From an uncultured Holophagales bacterium (GTDB lineage Bacteria > Acidobacteriota > Thermoanaerobaculia > Multivoradales > UBA5704): a stretch of DNA of 64,000 nucleotides. This document shows positions 42,033 through 51,553 of this stretch, in pieces. Under the pieces are notes generated by a model. The model searched no databases. It was not told where the DNA came from and saw only the letters and a list, made by a program, of their open reading frames with translations. Numbering within the stretch: position 1 is the first letter of the stretch; each line of letters begins with the position of its first letter. A program made the position numbers and the translations under genes. The DNA is taken from positions 192,001 through 256,000 of the forward strand of contig CAWJGT010000025.1 in the NCBI GenBank assembly GCA_963842525.1, written 5' to 3'.

Positions 42033-43231
42033 CCTTCTCCTCATCCTTCCCGTCCTGGCGGCCCTCGCCGCCCCCGCGTCTCTCCACGCTGAAGTCCTCA
42101 ACCGCGTCGTACTGCGGGTCAACGACCAGATCGCCACGCTGTACGACTACCAGCAGCGCCGGCAGGAGCTGCACCCGCGAGGTGATGCGCCGCGAGATGG
42201 ACGCACAGGAGCGGCAGCAGACGCTCGCCGACCTGCCCGACCTGGTCTTCCGCGACATGCTCCAGGAGCTCCTGCTCCAATCGCGCGCCCAGCAGCTCGC
42301 GGTCACGGTGTCCGACGCCCAGATCGACGGCGGGATCGCTCAGATGAAGCAGAGCTTCGGGATCACGACCGAGGAAGAGTACCAGGCGGCGCTGGCGCAG
42401 TCCGGGTTGACCGAGCCGCAGCTCCGCGAGCAGCTCCGGGACAACTTCCGGGTGCGCGAGGTGATGGACCGCGAGGTCCGCAGCCGCATCAAGCTCAACG
42501 AGGAGGACCTGCGGCGCTACTACCGCAAGAACGCCGAAGAATTCCGGGCGCCGGAGCAGCTCCACCTGCGCGAGGTCGTGGTGCTCGAGGAGAGCGGCCT
42601 CTCGACGGCCGAGGAGCGGGCCAAGACCGCCGCCGAGATCCGGCAGGCCGCGGCCGGCAAGTCCCTGGCGGACGTCATCACCACCTACCGGGACATGGGC
42701 GTCACCAGCAACGTGATCGATCTGGGCTGGGTCTCTCAGGGCGACCTCGATCCGAGCCTGGAGTCCGCGGCCTGGAAGCTCAAGCCTGGCGAGGTGACCG
42801 AGCCGATCGCCGGCCGCGGCGGGCTCCACCTGATGCAGGTCGTCGAGCGCCGCGAGTCGCGGATCCCGCCCTTCTCCGAGGTCTCCGCGGCGATCGAGGC
42901 CCGCGAGCAGAACCGCGCCTACAATGAAGAGGTCGTCAAGTACATGGCGGAGCTGGAGAAGAAGTCGCTGGTGGTAGCCGACCCCCCGCAGGAGGCGGCC
43001 GGCTTCCGCCGGCTTCTCCAGCAGCCGGAGCCGACCGACGAGGACACCATGCTCGGCGATCTGGTCCGGCCGAACCGTGCCGCCGCTCCAGCACCCGCCA
43101 CACCGACCCAGGCCGCGCCCGGCGCCCTGCCCCAGCCCAAGCCGATGGACACCACCCCGCCGCCGGTGATGGAGCCTCCCACCGCCGAGCCGCCGCCGGC
43201 CGAGCCGTCCTCCCCACCGCCGGGGGTCTGA
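42007..43231 (+). CDS. SurA N-terminal/PpiC domain chaperone (frameshift near 42172)
   Basis: Signal peptide plus AEVLNRVVLRVNDQI, continuing in 42182..43231 with DLGWV...GEVTEPI...GLHL. Confidence 0.8.
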
Positions 43232-43238
43232 GCAGCCC

Positions 43239-43634
43239 TTACTCCGGCTCTTCGAACGGCTCCGGACCCTCCTCCGCCTCGGGTCCGAGGCCCATGGCCT
43301 CGAGATCGGCGAGGAGCTCGCGGGCCGCCTCCGCGTGCTCCTCGGGAACCTGGATGAGGACGGGTCCGATCACCGGGTTGAACCCCGAGGGAAGGCGTCC
43401 CAAGGCGAAGAGGTCCTGGATCTGTTCGCCCTTCTTCAGATAGGGGATCTCTTCCGCCATCAGCAGCGACTCCGCCATGGCCAGCAGGCTCGGATTGCTT
43501 CCCTCGAACACCGTGACGAGCTGCAGATCGGGGTGCGGAGGTTGCTCCGGCAGGCTCCCGACGAGAGGGACCTCACAATCCACGCACTCGAAAAACCCCT
43601 CCCGGTACTCGCTGCGGCACTCGGGACAGTACAT
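43239..43634 (-). CDS. DUF2007-type protein with N-terminal zinc ribbon
   Basis: MYCPECRSEYREGFFECVDCEVPLV; AESLL..EEIPY; IQVPEEHAEAARELL; SD AGGAGG. Confidence 0.8.
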   Translation of the reverse strand: MYCPECRSEYREGFFECVDCEVPLVGSLPEQPPHPDLQLVTVFEGSNPSLLAMAESLLMAEEIPYLKKGEQIQDLFALGRLPSGFNPVIGPVLIQVPEEHAEAARELLADLEAMGLGPEAEEGPEPFEEPE

Positions 43635-43724
43635 GAATGTCTCCTCCTGTCTTGGGGCCATTGTACGCTGCTTGAGCACGGCGCCAGCGTGAACTTGTCA
43701 GATTCGCGCGGCTTCGGTTGGAGA

Positions 43725-43952
43725 GGCCCCGAAGGGGGCTGGGCATAAAGCCTGGCGCTTCAGCGCCAGGTTTGGCATCCCCCCAATTTCCTGGAGCCCT
43801 GAAGGGGCGCAGGCAGCCTCGTGCGCGCATCCACCACCGCATCGGGGCTTGCGCCCCTCGCCCGTGCCGTCGCCCCTGCGGGGCTTGGGTCAATATTGGG
43901 TCGCGGTCCTGGGGTTGAAACCCCAGGCTTTACGCCTTTGCCCCTTCGGGGC
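43725..43952. repeat. Composite REP-like element (BIME-like)
   Basis: GCCCCGAAGGGG..., AAAGCCTGGCGCTTCAGCGCCAGG, CCTGGGGTTGAAACCCCAGGCTTT, GCCCCTTCGGGGC. Confidence 0.7.
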
Positions 43953-43984
43953 AGTCGCAAGCCGGAAGCCTGCTGCGCACCCTG

Positions 43985-44125
43985 GACGGCGGTGCGACCT
44001 GGCAGCGGCTCACGCTCGGGCTCTACGGCCTCTCGGTGCTCGACCTCGCCTTCGATCCCGCGGACCCGACGCGGCTCTGGGCGGCGACCTCGGGTGCCGG
44101 GGTGTTCGTGATCGATCTGGATTGA
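43985..44125 (+). pseudogene. C-terminal remnant of a BNR/Asp-box beta-propeller gene
   Basis: Translates DGGATWQRLTLGLYGLSVLDLAFDPADPTRLWAATSGAGVFVIDLD*; no start, truncated near the REP. Confidence 0.6.
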
Positions 44126-44274
44126 CGAAAGCCCCGTTGTCTCCGAAGCCGGCGAGTGCCCAGCGAGATTGTGAAGCATAGGCCCTTTTTCTCAAAACGC
44201 CTCGGGTGTCTTATCCGGCCATCCTCGACGGCCTAGCAGCCCACGGGGCGTCTTATTTTCCTCCGCTGGTCGCA

Positions 44275-44303
44275 TTGACTCTCCCAAGGTAGAGGCGTAT
44301 GCT
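44275..44303 (+). promoter_or_regulatory. Near-consensus sigma70 promoter (Pc-like) upstream of the cassette array
   Basis: TTGACT-N17-TATGCT. Confidence 0.65.
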
Positions 44304-44320
44304 TTTCTAAGTTGAGGATC

Positions 44321-44412
44321 GACAACATGTTAGAGCCGAAAGAGCAAAGAGGGCTGAGGTGCTTAGCCGGCGCGTAGAAGCCCTGAGCTGCCGCTCAGCT
44401 AGGCGGTTATAC
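44321..44412 (+). other. attI-like site followed by the 3' half of an attC
   Basis: GACAACATGTTAGAG (core GTT at 44329); CCGCTCAGCTAGGCG-GTTATAC at 44391-44412. GTTATAC is the exact complement of the downstream R'' box GTATAAC. Confidence 0.5.
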
Positions 44413-44433
44413 CAAGCTTCCATCAGGTAGCCA

Positions 44434-45477
44434 ATGAACAGATTTGAATTCAAGATTGGGCCTGCTGTCGTAAAAGAGGTAGGCTTACCTATACTTGAGA
44501 ATCATCTACAGCAACTGGTATCTCTATTCAGAGAGCATTCGCAGAGGGTTGTTCCTCGTGAAATCCTCCATCCACCGCAGGCATACAATCTGATTCAGCT
44601 CAGCAAGAAGCTAGAGGCCGTGGAGAACTGCCAAGGCTTTGAGCAGCATTTAGGTCTCTATCGGCATCGTCCTGAATCTGCCCTCTTCGCCGCTTCTCTT
44701 GCCGGCTTATTTGTCTCCAGGGGAGCCATTGTGGCTTTCGAACCCCCTACCACCAATCGCCACAGGGCTGATCTGGCAGTGACCCTAGATGACGAGGAGG
44801 TTGTCATAGAATGTAAGGCACCAACTGAGAACGCACTGAACAAGATTCGCTCTGAACACGAAAGGATGTTCGAGGTTCTCGCAAAGTATGTCGAATATCA
44901 CTACCACATAAGGATCAAGTATCGCCGCACCCTAACCTCCGACGAACTGGAGGAATTGGGACGCATCCTAAAGGACAGATTGCCTCATGTTCGGGAGGAT
45001 GGCGTAATATTCGCTTCTCCGGAAATCGAGGCTTCGGTCTATCGGTCGGTTGGTCGCATGCCCAAGGGCTTTCATTTAGTTGTAGTAATGAGCGGTCCTG
45101 AGCCGCCGGATAATGTTGTCTTGCCGGGACATGCCATCTTGCGTGATGGAAAGAACTTGGCCTTCAATGGCCCAGTCATCGATTTAGATCGTCTTTTGCA
45201 GGATCGAATTCGCAAGGCCCGAAAGCAGGCGCCCCTAGATAAACCTTATGTCGTTGCGATTTCAAGGGCTCATCTGCTTGGAAGCCCGCGCTCGCATTTG
45301 ATAGCTGTCCAAAGTGAGTTTACCCCCAAGAAATACCGACACATCACCGGCGTTCTTTTTGTAGAATTCAGATGGTATATTGGTGGCAACGAGGAGGCAA
45401 GGATGGAGTACGTACCGAACAGCTTTGCCTACTTCCCGTTGGCTAAGAAGTTTCAGGATGTTTTAAGGTCAGCCTAA
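44434..45477 (+). CDS. Integron cassette protein with a PD-(D/E)XK nuclease-like motif
   Basis: Visibly lower GC than the host; FEPP...HRADLAV...VVIECKAP; bounded by GTTATAC and an attC. Confidence 0.7.
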   Translation: MNRFEFKIGPAVVKEVGLPILENHLQQLVSLFREHSQRVVPREILHPPQAYNLIQLSKKLEAVENCQGFEQHLGLYRHRPESALFAASLAGLFVSRGAIVAFEPPTTNRHRADLAVTLDDEEVVIECKAPTENALNKIRSEHERMFEVLAKYVEYHYHIRIKYRRTLTSDELEELGRILKDRLPHVREDGVIFASPEIEASVYRSVGRMPKGFHLVVVMSGPEPPDNVVLPGHAILRDGKNLAFNGPVIDLDRLLQDRIRKARKQAPLDKPYVVAISRAHLLGSPRSHLIAVQSEFTPKKYRHITGVLFVEFRWYIGGNEEARMEYVPNSFAYFPLAKKFQDVLRSA

Positions 45478-45488
45478 GAGGTCTGAGG

Positions 45489-45559
45489 GTATAACCCAAG
45501 GCCTCAACCGGACGGCACCGCTACGCGGCGCCGCGCGGTTAGGCCCGGTCGCGTTAGGC
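45489..45559 (+). other. Integron attC recombination site (71 bp)
   Basis: R'' GTATAAC, 5-nt spacer, L'' GCCT(C)AACCG, central stem CGGCACCGC/GCGGCGCCG, L' CGGTTAGGC, R' GTTAGGC; extrahelical base present. Confidence 0.85.
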
Positions 45560-45576
45560 GGATCAGGAGGGGTACG

Positions 45577-45951
45577 ATGACCGAGAACACTTCGAGAAGC
45601 CAGATTGTTCACCGGTGGTACACACGCCCAGTCTTCTTCGTCACCGACGTGAATCGCGCGGCTCGCTTCTACGTCGAGATGCTCGGCTTCGAAAAGGGTT
45701 GGCACGAAGCGGACGGTGCGGGAAAGGTCTGCCAGGTCAATCATGGAGAGTGCGAGATCATCCTCTGTGAAGACGCAACGCGTCGAGACAGAGGACGCCT
45801 GTTTATCGAGCTGACTTCGGAGGGACTCGCAGATCTTCGCCGTGAGTTCGTCGAGCGATCCGTTCCCACCAGGGAAACATCGTGGGGCTACGAGACGCTC
45901 CAAGTCGATGATCCTGACGGCAATGAGCTGTTCTTCCCTCGTCCCGACTGA
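45577..45951 (+). CDS. VOC/glyoxalase family protein (second cassette)
   Basis: RPVFFVTDVNRAARFYVEMLGF...WGYETLQVDDPDGNELFF; starts 18 bp after the attC with SD AGGAGG. Confidence 0.85.
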   Translation: MTENTSRSQIVHRWYTRPVFFVTDVNRAARFYVEMLGFEKGWHEADGAGKVCQVNHGECEIILCEDATRRDRGRLFIELTSEGLADLRREFVERSVPTRETSWGYETLQVDDPDGNELFFPRPD

Positions 45952-46046
45952 GTTAGCCTCGAAAGCCAGTCTGGCTCGCGCTCTCCCTGCAACCACTTGT
46001 CTCCAAAACGCGAATTGAGGCAGTCTGAGCCTGCCGGCACACTGAA

Positions 46047-46066
46047 TAGCACAGGTGTGCTACAGT
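46047..46066 (+). promoter_or_regulatory. TA operator palindrome overlapping an extended -10 box
   Basis: TAGCACA-GG-TGTGCTA; TG-C-TACAGT. Confidence 0.55.
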
Positions 46067-46097
46067 GGTGTACGCTGGTCGGAGAGGGGGTGTCCTC

Positions 46098-46325
46098 ATG
46101 ATCAAGGAAATCACACTACGGCAGGCGGGAGGGTCGGTGACCGCTACTCTGCCCAAGGAGATGGCGGAGCGCCTGCAGGTGGGGCCGGGAGACCGCATGT
46201 TCGCGATCGAGACAGAGAACGGCGTCCTCTTGACGCCGTACGATCCCGACTTCCACGATGCCATGAAGGCCTTCGCCGAGGTCCGCCGGCAATACCGCAA
46301 CACGCTCAAGCGGCTGGCGGACTGA
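46098..46325 (+). CDS. AbrB/MazE-type antitoxin
   Basis: LRQAGGSVTATLPKEM...GDRM...GVLLTPYDPDF...YRNTLKRLAD. Confidence 0.85.
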   Translation: MIKEITLRQAGGSVTATLPKEMAERLQVGPGDRMFAIETENGVLLTPYDPDFHDAMKAFAEVRRQYRNTLKRLAD

Positions 46326-46328
46326 GAC

Positions 46329-46734
46329 GTGCGGGAACCCCGTTGGCTGACCCGGCCGATGGTGGACACGATGCATTCAGAAGCTCCTGACGGAGCACGG
46401 CGGCTCCCCTGGAATCCGGGGAGGCGGCGACGATCTGATCGAGTCGGCGTTGGCGCGTCCCAAGAACCGCTTCGCCTACGAGCCGGAGTCCGACCTCGCA
46501 AGTCTGGCAGCCGGCTATCTCTTCGGGCTGGTCCAGAACCACGGGTACGTGGACGGCAACAAGCGTGTGGACTTTGCGGCGGCGGCGGCGTTCCTGCTGC
46601 TGAACGATTCCCGCCTCACCGCCCCGGAGGCGGATGCCTACGACACCGTGATGGCGCTCGCCGAGGGACGTCTCTCGGAATCGGACTTGGCCACCTGGCT
46701 CCGGAAGCACGCCGAGCCGGTCCGCCGCGGCTGA
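46329..46734 (+). CDS. Doc (death-on-curing) family toxin (frameshift near 46380)
   Basis: MREPRWL..., EHGGSPGIR, ESALARP, NHGYVDGNKR. Confidence 0.85.
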
Positions 46735-46812
46735 GGCTCATCGCGTTAGCGACGCCTTCCAGCCGCTTTGAGCGGCTGACCACCTGAAGCTCCGGCTCTA
46801 CCGGGGAAGTTT

Positions 46813-47046
46813 TTACTGCATGCAGTGCTCCTCGCAGGTATCGGAGTTGCAGGGAAATTGGCTACGCGGGTCACCGCTACCAGCAGTAGTACACCCGTAC
46901 GAAGGGCACTCCGGCCCTACACAGAGACTCACGCACGCGCTGCCGGTTCCCGGGGTTAACCCGGCAACTCTCGTAAGCACCGGGGAAGTGAGAAGTCTTA
47001 GGGTTTCGCGGTGGAGAGTGAGCTTCGTCTTCATTCTCTTCTTCAT
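46813..47046 (-). CDS. Putative RiPP (lanthipeptide-like) precursor peptide
   Basis: SD AGGAGG; leader MKKRMKTKLTLHRETLRLL...VAG; core with 7 Cys and 11 Ser/Thr. Confidence 0.75.
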   Translation of the reverse strand: MKKRMKTKLTLHRETLRLLTSPVLTRVAGLTPGTGSACVSLCVGPECPSYGCTTAGSGDPRSQFPCNSDTCEEHCMQ

Positions 47047-47669
47047 GTTCTAGATCCTCCTAACGACAATAGGTGCAGCAGATGTGCGCAGACGCGCCAC
47101 GGGGCGGCCGCCCGGGGGACCTACAGAGCTTCCCGGCGGTGCCGATCGAGGATCGGCGGATCTCAGCCCACCTTGTCCACTTCGTCCGTGCGCCGGATCC
47201 GCGGGTCCTTGGGAGAGATCAGACGACGACGAGTAAGATTCAGAGCCGGAGGATGATACACGACCGCTCCCGGGTTGCGGCTGTCACTCTTTTTCCGTCT
47301 GGGAGCGCGGGCTTCTGGCCGTGCCGCGGTTTCGGGGCCGTCACTGCACCTCGGCAGGCCTGCCCGGGCCGCGGTGCAGGTCGGCTGCACCTCGGTGGGA
47401 TCGGCCTCCACCTCGGCGCAGATGGTCGCTTTTTCAGCAGAGTCAGGCCAGGGCTCGGCGAGCTGCACCCCGTGACGTTCCTGGATGAGCCCTGGGCCGG
47501 CGTGGGCCGGCTGGGCCTCGGCGCGCTAGCACGGGCCGTACAGCGTCAGACGAGGCCTTTCCAGCAGCTCCATGCGACCGTCCCCGTGTGGGCTCGGCCA
47601 CGGCTCCGAGCATTAGGCAGGGTCTTCCGCCAGAATTTGCGCCCCATTTATGCCTTTTCCGGGACCAGA

Positions 47670-47735
47670 GTGGACCAGGGCGGGGTTCTTTGTGGGTTCC
47701 AGTGGAAAAAAATGGACAAAAGTGGAGAGAGCGGG
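47670..47735 (+). promoter_or_regulatory. MraZ-binding repeats / dcw promoter region
   Basis: (G/A)TGG motifs at 47692, 47702, 47712, 47722 with 10-bp period upstream of mraZ. Confidence 0.65.
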
Positions 47736-47781
47736 TTAAGATCTCGCCTCAGACGTTGGATGTTGGGGGCGGGGGGTCCCT

Positions 47782-48222
47782 ATGTTGCGCGGCAGCTCTC
47801 CTACGAGGATTGACGACAAGGGTCGTCTGAAGATCCCGACTGACTTTCGTCGTCTGGTCGAGGAGAGGTATGGGCCGGACCTGTTCGTCACTTCGATCCA
47901 CGGCGATTCGGCCCTGATCTACCCGCTGCCGGTCTGGGAAGGGATCGAGGCGAAGCTGCAGGCGGTGCCTTCCGCGGACCGCGCCAAGGAGCGTTTCCTG
48001 GCGCGGGTCAACTACTACGGGCAGCAGGTGCATCTGGACGTGCAGGGCCGGATCCTGATCCCTCAGCTCCTCCGCGAGAGCGCGGGCATGAACGGGGAGG
48101 TCGTGGTCAGCGGTCAGCTCGATCACCTGGTGGTGTGGAACCACGAGCGGTTCCTCAAGCGTCTGGACGAGGAACGCCTGACCGATGAGGACTTCCGTGC
48201 TCTCACCCAGTACGGGATCTAG
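47782..48222 (+). CDS. mraZ: Transcriptional repressor MraZ
   Basis: IDDKGRLKIP and LDVQGRILIP repeats; first gene of dcw. Confidence 0.93.
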   Translation: MLRGSSPTRIDDKGRLKIPTDFRRLVEERYGPDLFVTSIHGDSALIYPLPVWEGIEAKLQAVPSADRAKERFLARVNYYGQQVHLDVQGRILIPQLLRESAGMNGEVVVSGQLDHLVVWNHERFLKRLDEERLTDEDFRALTQYGI

Positions 48223-48261
48223 GCGGTCTCCGGGCCGCGGAAAGGAAGGCTTTTCGCGCCG

Positions 48262-49200
48262 TTGGAACCCCAACACGTGCCCGTCCTGGTCGCGGAGACC
48301 CTCGATCTGCTCGCGCCGGAGCGCAGGCCCGGAGGGTTGTTCGTCGACGCGACGGTCGGGCTGGGCGGGCATGCCGAGGCTCTCCTCCTCCGGGCTCCGG
48401 AGGCGCGCCTCGTCGGCCTCGACCGCGATCCACAGGCTCTCGAGCGGGCGGCCCGGCGCCTCGCTCCCTTCGGCGACCGGGTCCGGCTGGTGCCGGCAAA
48501 CTTCTTTCACATCGAGGAGGTGCTGTCCGGCTTGGGGCTCCGCGGCGTCGCGGGGGTCCTGGCCGATCTGGGTGTCTCCTCCCTCCAGCTCGAGACGCCG
48601 GAGCGGGGCTTCAGCTTCCGGCTGGAGGGGCCGCTCGACATGCGCATGGGCCTCGCGGACGTAACCGCGGCGGACCTCGTCAACCAGAGCTCGGAGGGGG
48701 AGTTGGAAACGATCTTCAGGGACTACGGAGAGGAGCGGCAGGCACGGCGGATCGCCCGCGCCATCGTCCGGGCCCGGGCGGAGGCGCCGATCGAGACGAC
48801 CGGTCAGCTCAAGCGGCTGATCGACCGGAACCGGGGTCCGCGGGACAAGAGAAGCCGCGAGGAGCGGATCGATCCCGCGACACGGGTCTTCCAGGCCCTG
48901 CGCATCGCGGTCAACCGCGAGCTCGCGGGCCTGGAGGAGTTCGTCGAGCAGACGGTGCGGATGCTGGAGAACGACGGCCGGCTGGTCGTCATCTCCTATC
49001 ACAGCCTGGAGGACCGCATCATCAAGAACACCCTGCGCGGGCTCGCGCAGGGTGAGGTCGATCCGGTCACGGGGCGCTCGCGCTCGGAGACGCAGCTCAT
49101 CGAGGTGCTGACCCGCAAGCCGATGCGCCCGACCGAAGAGGAGATCGCATTCAACCCGCGCTCGCGCTCCGCGAAGCTGCGGGCGGCGAGAAGGATCTGA
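48262..49200 (+). CDS. rsmH: 16S rRNA m4C1402 methyltransferase RsmH
   Basis: HVPVL, DATVGLGGH, DLGVSSLQL, FQALRIAVN, ISYHSLEDR, NPRSRSAKLR. Confidence 0.95.
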   Translation: MEPQHVPVLVAETLDLLAPERRPGGLFVDATVGLGGHAEALLLRAPEARLVGLDRDPQALERAARRLAPFGDRVRLVPANFFHIEEVLSGLGLRGVAGVLADLGVSSLQLETPERGFSFRLEGPLDMRMGLADVTAADLVNQSSEGELETIFRDYGEERQARRIARAIVRARAEAPIETTGQLKRLIDRNRGPRDKRSREERIDPATRVFQALRIAVNRELAGLEEFVEQTVRMLENDGRLVVISYHSLEDRIIKNTLRGLAQGEVDPVTGRSRSETQLIEVLTRKPMRPTEEEIAFNPRSRSAKLRAARRI

Positions 49201-49207
49201 GGACGAC

Positions 49208-49552
49208 GTGAGGAACGTGTACGCCTTCCGGCGGCCGGTGGTCAACATCTACCTGGTCCGCGAACGCGACCGGCGGCGCCAGCGCGAGCTGGTGTTGGTC
49301 CTGCTGGTCGTGCTCTGCCTGAGCGGAGGGCTCCTGGCGTACACCTGGATCCACCTGGAGGTGCTGCGCACCGGCTACCGGATCGACGCGCTGGAGCGGC
49401 AGCTCGGCGACCTCACGAAGACGGAGCGGCAGCTCAGCCTGGAGGCGTCCTATCTTGCCAGCCCCTCGCAGGTCGAGCGGCGCGCCGTCTCGGAGCTGGG
49501 CATGCAGCTCCCCACCCTGGAGCAGGTGGTCTTCTGGGAGGAGCTGCCGTGA
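49208..49552 (+). CDS. ftsL: Cell division protein FtsL
   Basis: Single TM plus coiled coil, ERRAVSELGM; position between rsmH and ftsI. Confidence 0.8.
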   Translation: MRNVYAFRRPVVNIYLVRERDRRRQRELVLVLLVVLCLSGGLLAYTWIHLEVLRTGYRIDALERQLGDLTKTERQLSLEASYLASPSQVERRAVSELGMQLPTLEQVVFWEELP

Positions 49553-51553
49553 GGTCGCGGCTGTGGATCCTGATCGCCTGCTGCGCCCTCTGGATGGGGG
49601 CGATCTCTTTCCGTCTGTATCAGCTCCAGGTGCTCCGCTACGAGCACTACACGGTCAAGGCGGCGCGGCAGCAGCAGCGGGTCGTGGAGCTCGATCCGCC
49701 GCGCGGCACGATCTACGACTCCCAGGGGCGGAAGCTCGCGGTGTCGGTCGAGGTCGATTCCGCCTATGCCGTGCCGCCGCAGATCGAGGACCCCGTCGCG
49801 GCGGCGAAGGCGATCGCCCGCATCGTCCCCGAGGTCGACGCCCGCAAGCTGGCGCGCCAGCTCGCCCAGGACCGCGAGTTCGTCTGGGTGGCGCGCAAGC
49901 TCGATGCGCCGGTTGCCGCGGCGCTGCGCGGCCTCGACATGCCCGGCCTCTACTTCCTGCCGGAGAGCAAGCGCTACTACCCGATGCGGGAGCTCGCCGC
50001 CCAGGTGCTCGGCTATGTCGGCACCGACAACCACGGCCTCGCCGGGCTCGAGCTGATGTACGACGAGGTGGTGGCCGGCAAGCCGGGCAAGCGGACGGTG
50101 CTGCGCGATGCGCGACGCGGCACGGTCGCCTCGCCGGAGCTGTCGTTCGCCGATCCGGAGCCCGGGCAGGACCTCCATCTCACCCTCGACGCGGCGGTCC
50201 AGTACATCGTCGAGCGCGAGCTGGCGAAGGCGGTCGAGGAGCGCGGCGCGACCCGCGGCAGCGCGGTCTTCCTCGATCCGGCGACCGGCGCCGTGCTGGC
50301 GATGGCCAACTATCCGTCGTTCGATCCCAACCGGTTCGGCGAGTCTTCACCGGCCCGCTGGCGCAACCGGGCGATGGTGGACGTTTATGAGCCTGGTTCG
50401 ACCTTCAAGGTGATCACCGCCGCGGCGGCTCTCGCCTCCGGCAAGATCCGGCCCGAGGACGTCTTCGACTGCGAGATGGGAGGGATCGTCCTCCTCGACC
50501 ACCTGATCCGTGATCACAAGCCCTTCGGCCGTCTGACCTTCGCCGAGGTGCTGGCGAAGTCGAGCAACGTCGGGGTGATCAAGGCGGCCCTGCTGGTGGG
50601 CGACGAGGGAATGTACCGCACCATCCGCGGCTTCGGCTTCGGACGGCCGACCGGGATCGACCTGCCCGGGGAGAAGCTCCGGGATCGTTCACCCGCTGGA
50701 GCGCTGGCGCTCCCTCGACAAGGCCTACATCTCCTTCGGCCAGGGGATCTCGGTGACGCCGCTCCAGCTCGCCGCGGCCGTGACCGCGATCGCCAACGAG
50801 GGGACGCTGCTGCGCCCCCGGATCGTGGCCACTGTGGGCCGGGGTGACGTGCTCCGCGCGCGCCGCACCGCGCCCGAGGTCGCCGGCCATCCGATCGAGC
50901 CGGCCGTCGCCCGCACGCTCAAGTCGATGCTCGAGGGGGTGGTGATCGCCGGCACCGGCCGCAGCGCCGGCGTCGCAGGCTACCGGGTGGCGGGCAAGAC
51001 CGGCACGGCGCAGATCCCGGTGGCCGGCGGCTATTCGCGGAACAGCTACATCCCCAGCTTCGTCGGTTTCGCGCCCGCGGACCGGCCGCGGCTGGTCGGC
51101 GTGGTGGCGGTGGCCGAGCCGCAGGGCTTCCTCTATCACGGCGGCCAGGTGGCGGCGCCGGTCTTCGGCGCGGTGGCACGGCAGGTCCTGCTCTACCTCG
51201 GCGTCCGCCCGGAGCGCCAGCCGCTCGACGCCTGGCCCGGCCAGATCGGGCAACCCGGTCAGCCAATATTAGCGGGCCTGGCCACCCCCGCTCCGTTGAC
51301 TCCGGTGCTGGCGGCCGAGATCCACGAAGCGCCCGAGGATGTGTTTCTGGACGGCGTGGGTGGGCCCTCACCCCCCCGGCCCCCCTCTCCCAGCCGCACT
51401 CCCGCCCTCCGGGAGAGGGGGGAGGGAGAGTCCATTCTCCCCTCTCCCGGGGGACAGGGAGTGAGGATGGGAGAGGGGTCGGGGGTGAGGGACACGGCCG
51501 CCGCACCCACAGGCCCTGCTACAACCGGAGGCCCCCCGCATGCGCCTCTCTGA
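49549..51553 (+). CDS. ftsI: Penicillin-binding protein FtsI (frameshift near 50675); REP-derived segment near the C-terminus
   Basis: RGTIYD, RYYP, EPGSTFK (SxxK), KSSN, AGKTGTAQ. Confidence 0.9.
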
